45,072 nt of DNA from an uncultured archaeon (lineage in GTDB: Archaea > Asgardarchaeota > Thorarchaeia > Thorarchaeales > Thorarchaeaceae), in assembly GCA_964610875.1 (NCBI GenBank), contig CAZSWP010000020.1:18602-63673 (forward strand), written 5' to 3'. Below are positions 1-9,281 of the stretch, piece by piece. Position 1 is the stretch's first letter. Each line of letters begins with the position of its first letter. Below the pieces are notes generated by a model. It saw only the letters and a list, made by a program, of their open reading frames with translations, had not been told where the DNA came from and did not search any database. The position numbers and the translations under genes are program-made.

Positions 1-3000
1 TGAGTAGAAGAAACAGCCCAGAAAATGACAATACACAGAGCTGGATTACAATGATATTTGAAAGAATAGATTCAATTCTTACATCGAAACTACTTCTTAG
101 CGAGATAAAAGTTATGACAGTGAAAATGACTAGACAGATTTGTAATAAATAAGGAACATTTACTATCTTAAAAAGAAGAATCCAAGATGCTGAAGCAATC
201 ATTATAGAACGAAGTAGACCTAAGAGTTCATAATAGTCATCCAATCGATATTCAATATCTGGTGTAACTCTGATAAGTTCTAGACATACCAAAGGAGCAA
301 ACAATATTGCTGCGGAAGTATAGGGATAGATTATGAAGAAAAGCGAATATGCAGTCGCAATGGAAAAGGTGTACCAGAAAAGCCATCGCCAGTTTGTATT
401 GGGAATTGCAAGCAGTAGTGATTCAATTGCAATAAAGGCTCCAAGTGCAAGCCAAATTGAAATCGTAGGTAGTATGAAATAGTAGAATAACATGCCAAGT
501 AATGAAGTCGTGATCAATGGATACGATATTTTGGCAATTAGATTTCTTGAGAGAAGAGGAGCAGAGAGCATACCAAAACCAAGAACTCCGATTAATACTT
601 TCATTTGTGGTTCAGCATAGATTGAATCAAGCCAAGAGATGAATAAACTTGATAATCCAAGGATTGCAGGGTATCGGCTTTTTTTGATATAACCTACAAG
701 TGGTGAAAACAGTGTAAGAACGAAGAGACCAATTGCCGCACTATAAAGAACCGACTGCATTAATGGATAGTCCGTGATGTAGAACCAACAGATAATACCG
801 CCAAGCAATGAAAACAGAGTAGAAGCTAGTGAAAGAATGTGGGTATACTCACGACGTCGGAGCACCAAGGAGGGAATCCAAAAGAACAGGAAGAAGAATA
901 CAAAATAGACAATGCTAGTTAGTGGATTCAACATTGGTAGTATCGGGAAGGCTAGTTGAAGTACAAGATATGAGATAACTAGACTTGAAACACCAACTGC
1001 TACTACAATATGCTTTGCAAAGTAGAGTATGAACACTCTGATGCCAAAAGCAATAGCAGATGCAGTAGCAAAAAGTACACGGGCATACTCACGATAAGCT
1101 ACTGGAAGGGGTATTAGAAAGACCGCCAAGATAACGAACGGAATGTTACTTCCAGTCAGTATAAAGAAAATTATCGCACCAGAGGGAACGCAAAGTAAGA
1201 GATATCCAATGGTGGTGATTTTAACCAGTCCCTTTCGTTGCCTGTATGGTAACAATCCTAATCCAAGAAAGAATATGCTGGAAGAGAGAGATAGTTCAAA
1301 TGAGGTAACTGCAGATAGTGTGTAGAAAATTGCTGATGATATGAAACTCAGGATGGACAGCCATGTTATTTGCACAATTGTATTTCTGATATCTGATTCA
1401 TAGGCTCCATAAGGAATTAGAAGTATTCCCAAAAAGATGGAAGAGCAAAGTGTAATTCGTGACAAAAGAAGAAGCCAACTAAGCAAAAGAAATGATGTAA
1501 AAGAAAGTGAAACAGCAAGGGCAATCAAACCACCATAGACAACTCTTGTCCAACCCTTTTGTTTGTGATATATTGATGGTAGAAATAGGAAGAAGAAAAC
1601 ACTACCAACAATTGCAACAGCAGTAAGCAAATTGTACCCATATGAGAGATGTATTGTGAAATACCCAACATTTGAAAGAATTAGCAATAGAACGACTGCG
1701 TATGCAACCAAGATAAAACGCATAAGCATAACACCAATGAAAACAACACCTCTGTATAACACTCCACCAATCCGAATTAGACCACGTTTAACAAAAGAGC
1801 CAGCTCTGATCACTCCTCTTTTTACCCATTTACCAAATTGTGTCAGCGAGCTCTGCAGTATTCTTCCACTCTTGATGTATTCCTGATGAAGTATCCCTAG
1901 TAGGAGAAAGAAGATAGCGAGAAAGGTTGGTGCATATTGGGGCATGAATGTAATGATTGCTTCAAAAGTCCAGATAATATATGAAACACCAACTACCCCT
2001 ATTAGATACAACGGTGAAATTTTCCATCTTGATATTCCCAATTTCTGGGCAATTCCAAACAACAGGAACCAGCAAGCTGCATAAGAAAATGACATCAGTG
2101 GGGATTGTAGAAAGATACTGGAAGCAGTCCAAAATGTGAATAAAGAAGACCCTGCGATAATTGCACTAAGTACAACCAGAATCAGATTTACTCTGGACCT
2201 AAGTGACCTTATTGCTCCAAATCCAAGTAATCCAATCGATGATGAAACTAAAAGAGCAGTTGAGAGAATTCCCAATTCGGGCATCGCAAGAGGTAGGATG
2301 AGAGGATAGACGAATTGAATCACCAGGAGTGTAACAATTACGTTAATCAATGCGCCAACATGAATTGGATGTTGAAAGACCCAAATTCTAAAACGTTTTC
2401 CAAGAAACAATAAACGTTCCCAAGCACGTCTTAGAGATCTTCTGACTTCATGATAGAGACCAGTTATTCCTGATATGAACAGAATGATTGAAGCGATAAC
2501 GGAAGTATATGTTGGCAATAAGTAGAATTGCGTCCAGAAGAAGAGTGCTAGAGATGCATCTATCACCAAAACCAAACCGATTCGCTTCACATAGACTCTT
2601 TCACGGACATGTCTCAATCGTCCACCCAATCTGACAAAAACGGGAATTGGAATTGAAACTAAGAGTGAAAAGAGAATTCCTATAGGCCCAAATAACGAAA
2701 TGAAATTTGAATCAGGAGTCCAGACGGATCCAGCAAAATAAATGAAGAGAAGTGGGAGAAATAGTGCTGTTATGAATAAGCCAAAAGCAGATGCCAAATG
2801 GGCATGTTCCCTCTCAATCAGCCATTCTGGAATAAATTCGAAAGACGTATCGACCTCAAAGGAAGAAGTAACTGTTTCTGGTTTTTCTTCCGGAACGATT
2901 TCAACACCCATTACCTCCAGAATACCTTCTTTCTCTTCCATTTCCTCACGAGGGGACTTCTCGATTTTCTTTGATGCCCATTTTCTATCTATCCGATATA

Positions 3001-3712
3001 GACTCTGAGAGAAACCTAACAACATAAGACCAAAAGCAATTCCAATAATTGATGCCATAGTTAGTGGATTCAAAGAAGGATCTGCTACAATAAAGAGGTC
3101 TGCAGCAAGTAGTGCAACACTGATTGATATCAAAGCAGTACTAGGTATTCCTAGATAGGAGTTCTTTGTGAGCCCATGATAAAATAGAAAATATCCTGAA
3201 AAAAGTAGAAGGAAAGCCGCTGGAACAGCAAACATAGACAATGCAAAAGAGCTTGCCATAAAGGAACCAAATAGTGGCCCAGAGAAAATCACAGCACCAA
3301 TAAAGAAATTCAATAGAACTCTAGAAACCTCATGTCTGAATTCATTACTTCTTTCCAACCCCTTTGTAATCATTAATGCACAGATGAAAAATATGTGAAT
3401 GCACAGAATAACTGCTTCAAGAGTTCCTAAATATAGAGAGATTGAAGTTACAGACACAGCTGATGCAATATAAAGAAGCGTAGAACCTATGGTGGGTCTT
3501 CTTGATTTTATGACAAGAATGCCAGCTATACCTAAACCGATAGAGCCACTGAAGATTGCTCGTAGAAAATCATCTTGTATAACAGGTTGTAGTAGGAAAT
3601 TCAGAGCTAATAGCACAGCGGCAGGTATAATGATGATTAGCACAATGAACCGTGCTAGATTCTGCATTATGTCTGCAACTCGTACAGCTTTCTCAGTCCC
3701 TCTATCATTCAT
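1..3712 (-). CDS. Very large polytopic membrane protein (>1230 aa), 3' end outside the window
   Basis: Not in the ORF track, presumably because it has no stop inside the window. Manual reading from ATG 3712 gives MNDRGTEKAVRVADIMQNLARFIVLIIIIPAAVLLALNF. Spot checks at ~2600 (FVRLGGRLRHVRERVYVKR) and 2-58 (NIIVIQLCVLSFSGLFLLL) are in the same frame. It is dominated by hydrophobic helices with one acidic loop (~2820-2960). Confidence 0.85.
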   Translation of the reverse strand, partial: MNDRGTEKAVRVADIMQNLARFIVLIIIIPAAVLLALNFLLQPVIQDDFLRAIFSGSIGLGIAGILVIKSRRPTIGSTLLYIASAVSVTSISLYLGTLEAVILCIHIFFICALMITKGLERSNEFRHEVSRVLLNFFIGAVIFSGPLFGSFMASSFALSMFAVPAAFLLLFSGYFLFYHGLTKNSYLGIPSTALISISVALLAADLFIVADPSLNPLTMASIIGIAFGLMLLGFSQSLYRIDRKWASKKIEKSPREEMEEKEGILEVMGVEIVPEEKPETVTSSFEVDTSFEFIPEWLIEREHAHLASAFGLFITALFLPLLFIYFAGSVWTPDSNFISLFGPIGILFSLLVSIPIPVFVRLGGRLRHVRERVYVKRIGLVLVIDASLALFFWTQFYLLPTYTSVIASIILFISGITGLYHEVRRSLRRAWERLLFLGKRFRIWVFQHPIHVGALINVIVTLLVIQFVYPLILPLAMPELGILSTALLVSSSIGLLGFGAIRSLRSRVNLILVVLSAIIAGSSLFTFWTASSIFLQSPLMSFSYAACWFLLFGIAQKLGISRWKISPLYLIGVVGVSYIIWTFEAIITFMPQYAPTFLAIFFLLLGILHQEYIKSGRILQSSLTQFGKWVKRGVIRAGSFVKRGLIRIGGVLYRGVVFIGVMLMRFILVAYAVVLLLILSNVGYFTIHLSYGYNLLTAVAIVGSVFFFLFLPSIYHKQKGWTRVVYGGLIALAVSLSFTSFLLLSWLLLLSRITLCSSIFLGILLIPYGAYESDIRNTIVQITWLSILSFISSAIFYTLSAVTSFELSLSSSIFFLGLGLLPYRQRKGLVKITTIGYLLLCVPSGAIIFFILTGSNIPFVILAVFLIPLPVAYREYARVLFATASAIAFGIRVFILYFAKHIVVAVGVSSLVISYLVLQLAFPILPMLNPLTSIVYFVFFFLFFWIPSLVLRRREYTHILSLASTLFSLLGGIICWFYITDYPLMQSVLYSAAIGLFVLTLFSPLVGYIKKSRYPAILGLSSLFISWLDSIYAEPQMKVLIGVLGFGMLSAPLLSRNLIAKISYPLITTSLLGMLFYYFILPTISIWLALGAFIAIESLLLAIPNTNWRWLFWYTFSIATAYSLFFIIYPYTSAAILFAPLVCLELIRVTPDIEYRLDDYYELLGLLRSIMIASASWILLFKIVNVPYLLQICLVIFTVITFISLRSSFDVRIESILSNIIVIQLCVLSFSGLFLLL

Positions 3713-3944
3713 GTAGTTCGCTTGCTCCTGATTGATTCCTTTCTCAGGTGGTGCGGCGTGCGAGAGTTAAAGGAACCAACTCATTAACATGAAACTCTCC
3801 GCCATGTAATGTTTAGAAACCTACATTAATAACTTCGCTTCGTTTGGCGAACTCTTTTATCAGAAATTTCACAGGAATAAGTACAGGTACATTAATGGGT
3901 AGGAAACCATAATGTGAAACCACCAGATTAGAAGAGGGAAGAAA

Positions 3945-4436
3945 ATGCCCGAAATGGTTGAATGTAGGTACTGTGGGAGCGCAAACCCGATTGATGCAAC
4001 AGAGTGCAAGAAGTGTGGCGCAAGCCTCGCTGATGCAGTAGTGCAGCTATATTGTGATAAATGTGGGACTGCACTGCCAGATGGCACAGACACTGCTGGA
4101 AAATGTATCGTATGTGGTAAGGAAGTCTATCTGTGTTCAAAGCACCGAGCTAAGGTCATTGATGATGAAATATACTGCAAAGAACATGAGTCAGAGTGTT
4201 TTATTGCAACCGCAGTATTTGGTACACCTATACATCCGGAAATTGACATTCTTCGAGAGATGCGTGACACCTGGATGTTAGCCAATCCGTTGGGGAAGAT
4301 AGCCGTATACTCATACTATCAGATATCTCCACCAATTGCTAGGAGAGCTAGAAGGAATCCTCTATTACGAGAGATTCTATGTAAAACGATAGTAAGACCT
4401 GCGCTAAGATTTGCAAGTAGATTACTAGAAAGATAG
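3945..4436 (+). CDS. Zinc-ribbon protein with C-terminal CFI-box-CTERM-like domain
   Basis: CxxC pairs (CRYC, CKKC, CDKC, CIVC) and CxxH pairs (CSKH, CKEH), then CFIATAVFG...LREMRD...GKIAVYSYYQISPPIA, which matches the CFI-box-CTERM pattern. Confidence 0.8.
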   Translation: MPEMVECRYCGSANPIDATECKKCGASLADAVVQLYCDKCGTALPDGTDTAGKCIVCGKEVYLCSKHRAKVIDDEIYCKEHESECFIATAVFGTPIHPEIDILREMRDTWMLANPLGKIAVYSYYQISPPIARRARRNPLLREILCKTIVRPALRFASRLLER

Positions 4437-4453
4437 AGGAGAAGAATAAGAAC

Positions 4454-5347
4454 TTGAGAAACACAGAAGTTAATCAAGTTCCAACACCTATTACAATTCT
4501 CAGAGGATATCTCAGATTATGTGGTTTTTCTTGGACAGATATAGATCGTATAATCAATCTTGCAATAGAAAGAAACAAAGGAATTTTACCATCTTTAGGT
4601 TTGCTTTTGGATATTGCTAAAAATTCCTGTTTCATTTCATACTCAAAGAAGACAATCGAAAATCTTGAAACCTTGTTATTTTACAAAGAATATCGAGAGC
4701 AAGCAAGGACGAAGACTCCAATCATACTCATAATTCAAGGAGCATCAGCAACTGGAAAATCAGTTATGACGTTTCAGATGATGCAAAATCTTGGAGCAAC
4801 GAGAGTGATTGGAACAGATACGATAAGACAGCTTCTGAGAACAATAAGAACCAAAGATGAAGTGCCTGAGCTCTTTACTCATACATATCAAGCGTATCAA
4901 TATAGACAATCCGGAGATGAAAAACTTGACCGAATCATCAGAGGATTTCTTGCACAGACTGAACTAATCGAGCCAACTGTCAGGGATTTTATTTCACGAC
5001 TTGAAAGAGAAGGAACCGAAGCTATTGTGGAGGGAGTACACCTGTCACCAGGAAATTATAGGAAGATTGGAAAGGGTATACTAGAAGTGGTATTAGATCC
5101 AATTTCATCATTCCATCAAGCTATGTTCCTGAATAAAGGAACTTCAGGGTTAAGAACTGTTAGTGAAGATCTTTCTAGAAGAGAAGAGGAATATGAGAAT
5201 ACAAGATTGATTCAGGAGTACATAATCAAACAAGCTAAATCAAAAAAGATTTCTACAGTAAGGTTTCAAGATTTCCAACGTCTCGAGATTGAAATCAATG
5301 AGCTAATCATAAAGAAGATGAAAGAGTTGGTCATAGTAAATGAATAA
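4454..5347 (+). CDS. 2-phosphoglycerate kinase-like P-loop kinase
   Basis: Walker A GASATGKS, IGTDTIRQLLR and IVEGVHL are typical of the archaeal 2-PGK family. TTG start. Confidence 0.75.
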   Translation: MRNTEVNQVPTPITILRGYLRLCGFSWTDIDRIINLAIERNKGILPSLGLLLDIAKNSCFISYSKKTIENLETLLFYKEYREQARTKTPIILIIQGASATGKSVMTFQMMQNLGATRVIGTDTIRQLLRTIRTKDEVPELFTHTYQAYQYRQSGDEKLDRIIRGFLAQTELIEPTVRDFISRLEREGTEAIVEGVHLSPGNYRKIGKGILEVVLDPISSFHQAMFLNKGTSGLRTVSEDLSRREEEYENTRLIQEYIIKQAKSKKISTVRFQDFQRLEIEINELIIKKMKELVIVNE

Positions 5348-5388
5348 ATGGATAGTATACAATTATCGAGGTCTGTGAGGAGGATCTC

Positions 5389-5931
5389 ATGTCATGTCAA
5401 CAATTACAATTCGTCATTCTTATCCTTCTTCCAATGTCTTTGTTTATACCTTCTGTATCTGCTCAGAATACATTGAATCCCAATGAAACACTTGAAGACC
5501 AATTTCTTTGGGGACATAAAGATCTTCGTTACTCACCCGATTTATATCAGGTCAATCTTACGGCCGGGCACTGGACAATTGTAATAAATACACCTATGCA
5601 ATTGAATGTAAAAATAACTGTAGCAAACGATAGTCAAATGAACAATGCTATTGCACAGAATGGATTTTGGACTGCTCGGTCAGCAGACTTTGAATTATCC
5701 CAGAATGCTACAATCTATATTCTAGTTGAGGAAGGCTCAGTAAATGGTGATACTTTCGGCTCATATGATATTGGCGTCTATGATGATGCATATTTTGCCA
5801 CCACAACTTCAGCAGAATTTCCACGCATATCTCCAATTATAGTAATTGGTGTGTTTTTAGGAGCTATTGTTTTCTTTTTGACTGTGAGTTACTTATTTGT
5901 TAGATATCAGTCTGTGAAAGGAACGCTGTAG
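5389..5931 (+). CDS. Secreted or membrane-anchored hypothetical protein
   Basis: Signal peptide ending VSA-Q, a beta-rich domain, a short TTTS linker and a C-terminal TM helix. GAGGAGG SD upstream. Confidence 0.75.
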   Translation: MSCQQLQFVILILLPMSLFIPSVSAQNTLNPNETLEDQFLWGHKDLRYSPDLYQVNLTAGHWTIVINTPMQLNVKITVANDSQMNNAIAQNGFWTARSADFELSQNATIYILVEEGSVNGDTFGSYDIGVYDDAYFATTTSAEFPRISPIIVIGVFLGAIVFFLTVSYLFVRYQSVKGTL

Positions 5932-5966
5932 TTCCAAGAAAATCATAGAGCATGCAGAGGAAGTAT

Positions 5967-6281
5967 TCATCCCAATTTGGCAAGAATGCTATCTTTTGTA
6001 AAATTTCCAAGTTCGATGATCTTCTCCAAAATGTCCTCAATTGTAGTTGGCCGAATGGGAATCAGTTTTAGTTTCTTTGTTTTGGTCACTAACAAAGATA
6101 ATGTGGAATCATCTATCCCGAGAGATGTCAGTTCCTTCTTTATTTCTGATTCATCTAAGGAACTGATGAAAACTTTTGCAGCAGAAGAGAATGCATCTTG
6201 GCCCTCTGACTCATAGATCCCAATTAAATCCTGAATAGCAGTTTCCATTCCTTGAAGTATATCCTTTATTGACATATTCAA
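5967..6281 (-). CDS. Small helical hypothetical protein
   Basis: 104-aa ORF that fills the gap between genes and has protein-like composition. Confidence 0.6.
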   Translation of the reverse strand: MNMSIKDILQGMETAIQDLIGIYESEGQDAFSSAAKVFISSLDESEIKKELTSLGIDDSTLSLLVTKTKKLKLIPIRPTTIEDILEKIIELGNFTKDSILAKLG

Positions 6282-6382
6282 CAGAATCAGTATGTTATTT
6301 ATTCTCTATATCTCTATTGTGAAAGATGGTTTTAACGGTTCTTTGGCGTGGAATTTATGTGATTTAGTATCAATTAGCTGAA

Positions 6383-7810
6383 ATGGAGAAAGATGCAGTG
6401 AGCTGGAAGAATGAGTCATTAGATAGGTTGTTTAATCCAAAGTCCATTGCAGTGATAGGAGCCTCTGACAAAATAGATAGGCTGGGTTTTCTAGCTTTGG
6501 AATCACTCCGAGATTTTCAAGGAATAACTTATCCAATCAATCCTCGATTGAAAGAAGTCAAGGGATTGAAATGTTACTCCTCTATAATTGAACTACCAGA
6601 AACACCAGACTTAGCGTTGATATGTATTCAAGGTTCCCAGGTGATACCTGCAATCGAAGATTGTAAAAAAGTAGGTACTCGTGCTGCAGTAATCTATGCT
6701 GCTGGGTTTAAAGAGCTAAATGAGGAGGGAGAGAAAAATCAGCAGAGATTGAAACGTTTACTAGACTCGGGAAAGATTGCAGTCATTGGGCCAAATTGTC
6801 TTGGAGCAGGTAATCTACAGGTCTCTCTGAATGCAACTTTCTTTCCATATCCATTACCACCAAATATGGGAAACGTTTCTCTAGTTAGTCAGAGTGGTGG
6901 AGTGACTGGTTTGATGCTCTATCAAGCTGTTGACTCCAAGGTTGGAATATCCAAATTCGCTAGTGTAGGAAATAGAGTGAATATTGGTTTTCATGATATG
7001 CTAAGATATCTCAGAGATGATGATGAAACAGATGTCATCTGTCTATTTGTTGAAGGGACTGATAAAGGTCGAAAAATGTATAGAGAGATCAAACAAACTA
7101 CAAAGAGAAAACCAGTGTTGATGTACAAGGTAGGAACTACACCTTCAGCAAAGGACGCAGCATTGAGTCACACAGGTAGTCTCGCAGGGGAATATCAAAT
7201 CTATTCAAGTGCAATCAAACAAGCTGGTGGTATTGAGGTTCATAACACGACGGAGATGATGGACACTGCGAAAATATTTGCAGCATACTCAAAATTGCCA
7301 TCATCAAAGAGAGTCGCCATAATCACTCATACACTGGGTGTTGCCCTTATCGCTGCACAGACACTAGAAGAGAATAGCACTCTTCTGCCCTTACCAGAAG
7401 AGAAGATTGTGAGATTGGTAAGAGAATCATTGAAGATGCCAGATGACTTTTCTGTGAAGAACCCGATTGACCTTTTGGCAACAGGTTGGGCAAGACCGGA
7501 GATCTTCGGTGATATCTTTAGTCATCTTGTCGATTCGAAAAGATATGATTCGATTGTAGCTGTATTCTCTCCCAATTACAGAGAAGGCATTGGCGGGGGT
7601 GTTCCCGTATGTCAAATGGTTAGCGCCACAAAGGAATCTGATAAAATAGTAATTGCAAAACTTGCATCACCTATTCTGAGAGAACCTCCAGGAATGAGAG
7701 AATTAGAAAATGAAGGCATCCCCTGTTTCAATAACCCACAGAGAGCAGGGAAAGCTTTAGCCAATGTATTGAATTTTTCTTCAAGAGCTGCAAATCATTC
7801 GGACCATTGA
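6383..7810 (+). CDS. Acyl-CoA synthetase (ADP/NDP-forming) alpha subunit, AcdA family
   Basis: LFNPKSIAVIGAS CoA-binding start, IGPNCLG, VSQSGG, SVGN, phospho-His motif SHTGSLAG and NPIDL. No ATP-grasp (beta) domain. Confidence 0.9.
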   Translation: MEKDAVSWKNESLDRLFNPKSIAVIGASDKIDRLGFLALESLRDFQGITYPINPRLKEVKGLKCYSSIIELPETPDLALICIQGSQVIPAIEDCKKVGTRAAVIYAAGFKELNEEGEKNQQRLKRLLDSGKIAVIGPNCLGAGNLQVSLNATFFPYPLPPNMGNVSLVSQSGGVTGLMLYQAVDSKVGISKFASVGNRVNIGFHDMLRYLRDDDETDVICLFVEGTDKGRKMYREIKQTTKRKPVLMYKVGTTPSAKDAALSHTGSLAGEYQIYSSAIKQAGGIEVHNTTEMMDTAKIFAAYSKLPSSKRVAIITHTLGVALIAAQTLEENSTLLPLPEEKIVRLVRESLKMPDDFSVKNPIDLLATGWARPEIFGDIFSHLVDSKRYDSIVAVFSPNYREGIGGGVPVCQMVSATKESDKIVIAKLASPILREPPGMRELENEGIPCFNNPQRAGKALANVLNFSSRAANHSDH

Positions 7811-8040
7811 GTATTGGAAAACTCAATAGCATTCATCACTTTAGTAGTGAAATCATGATTATCACATTCAAAGGTATACATGACAAATCCTTGGTATGAA
7901 AAGAAATGCATCCGTCTCACATGATAAACTATCGTAGGTTGTGCTACTTGCACAAGCTCGAGAAATTCATTTCGTCTAAACTTCACCCTATAACTGCTTG
8001 AATGAAGAGCTGCTGCGGCTCCACCGCCTGCATACGCCAT
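7795..8040 (-). CDS. Small hypothetical protein with Gly/Ala-rich N-terminus
   Basis: MAYAGGGAAAALHSSSYRVKF...FSYQGFVMYT. Start likely the second Met (8040). Its 3' end overlaps the acyl-CoA synthetase gene by 16 nt. Confidence 0.65.
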   Translation of the reverse strand: MAYAGGGAAAALHSSSYRVKFRRNEFLELVQVAQPTIVYHVRRMHFFSYQGFVMYTFECDNHDFTTKVMNAIEFSNTQWSE

Positions 8041-8118
8041 TGTTATCAATAATGGATACAATCAAGTTCAGAGTTAAACTATATTTGCATCTCTTCATTT
8101 TCTTGCCTTGATTCTTAT

Positions 8119-8469
8119 TCACCACTCATCGGAAAAAAACACAATCCATGCCACAACAGCTTCCAGATTACTATTGGGGTCTTCATCAAGTCTGAACATT
8201 GTTGAGCCAGAGGAATTAGTTATTGATTTCGATGAGAATCGAAAGCGAGTAGAACCAGAGCTGCTCATAACCGATCGACTATCATATCGTGCAATAGTAC
8301 TACCTGAGCTATTAGTCACTGATCCACTTCTAATTCGTCCAATTGTGCTACCAGATGAGTTTGCAACTGTATCAGAGGATATTCTACCTATTGTACTGCC
8401 AGAAGAATTGGTCACATAGTCACCTTTTATGTAACCAATGGTAGAACCACTACTATTCATGATTCTCAT
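8119..8469 (-). CDS. 16-aa tandem-repeat protein (six [V/I]x[N/S]SSGSTxxxx units), resembles beta-flower repeat proteins
   Basis: SSGST recurs six times at 16-aa spacing with diverged codons. Ends in a hydrophobic tail (AVVAWIVFF). Confidence 0.75.
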   Translation of the reverse strand: MRIMNSSGSTIGYIKGDYVTNSSGSTIGRISSDTVANSSGSTIGRIRSGSVTNSSGSTIARYDSRSVMSSSGSTRFRFSSKSITNSSGSTMFRLDEDPNSNLEAVVAWIVFFSDEW

Positions 8470-8545
8470 AATTCATCATACGCCAGAGAACTAGTGCAGT
8501 TTTCAACATTGAGTGTATAAACAACTAAAGATTTGAAACTAGGTT

Positions 8546-9187
8546 CTATCGCCAGTCATCACCAAATGCAGGTTTCAATTGATTTGGAATTGGGTCATCC
8601 ATCCAAGGAAGAGCCTTCTCCTTTATTCTACCACCTAGAATTGCCACTCTCTTACCGAGTTCTTTTGCCGCTTCAATAGCTTCAGTATCTCCTCGAATAT
8701 CACCCGGATGAAGAGCAAATCCCTGAGGCCACATATAGACACCTGGAATAATCATCTCCTTTACATACATGAAAAACATCAATTCTTGAAGAACAGTATC
8801 AGAACCTGAACGTCTAGCTACACTTATAGCTCCACCGACTTTTCCTCTCAGATTTACAAACCGCCCAACACGGTCTATAAAATTCTTCATCAAAGTGGGA
8901 ACTGTAGCATAGTAAGAAGGTGCACCAAATATGATTCCATCAGCCTGCTTTAACTCCTCAACAACTGAATTCAGGTCATCGTCTTGAGCGCATTCACCAA
9001 GTTCTGTACATCGCCAGTCTTGAGCACAATTCCTCAAATTAAGTTCTGAAAGATCAATAAGTTGAATTTTTGCACCGACTTCTTTTGCCGCTCCGAGAGC
9101 CTCTTGAACAAGAATGTTCGTATTTGCTCCACCTCTTGGGCTACCTGAGAAACCTAGGACATATGATGTCAATTCTGTTCCATCCAC
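8546..9187 (-). CDS. Iron-sulfur flavoprotein / multimeric flavodoxin (Isf/WrbA-like)
   Basis: GFSGSPRGGANT FMN-binding loop, CAQDWRCTELGEC cluster motif, ADGIIFGAPSY, MKNFIDR, LRGKVGG. Confidence 0.88.
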   Translation of the reverse strand: MDGTELTSYVLGFSGSPRGGANTNILVQEALGAAKEVGAKIQLIDLSELNLRNCAQDWRCTELGECAQDDDLNSVVEELKQADGIIFGAPSYYATVPTLMKNFIDRVGRFVNLRGKVGGAISVARRSGSDTVLQELMFFMYVKEMIIPGVYMWPQGFALHPGDIRGDTEAIEAAKELGKRVAILGGRIKEKALPWMDDPIPNQLKPAFGDDWR

Positions 9188-9281
9188 TGTCTGATGTAAT
9201 CCATCTCTCTGTTTAGTTTTCTGTTTACGCTTAATATCAAGTCAATTTACTTTGCTCGCAGAATACTACCAGTATCATTTG

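Noticed and set aside
1143-3716. Short plus-strand ORFs (1143, 1632, 2742, 3489)
   Set aside because: They are antisense shadows of the long minus-strand membrane protein gene.
8108-8469. CRISPR-like or DNA tandem repeat, and the plus-strand 103-aa ORF
   Set aside because: The 48-nt periodicity is conserved at protein level with synonymous variation and has no repeat-spacer structure. The plus ORF is the antisense reading.
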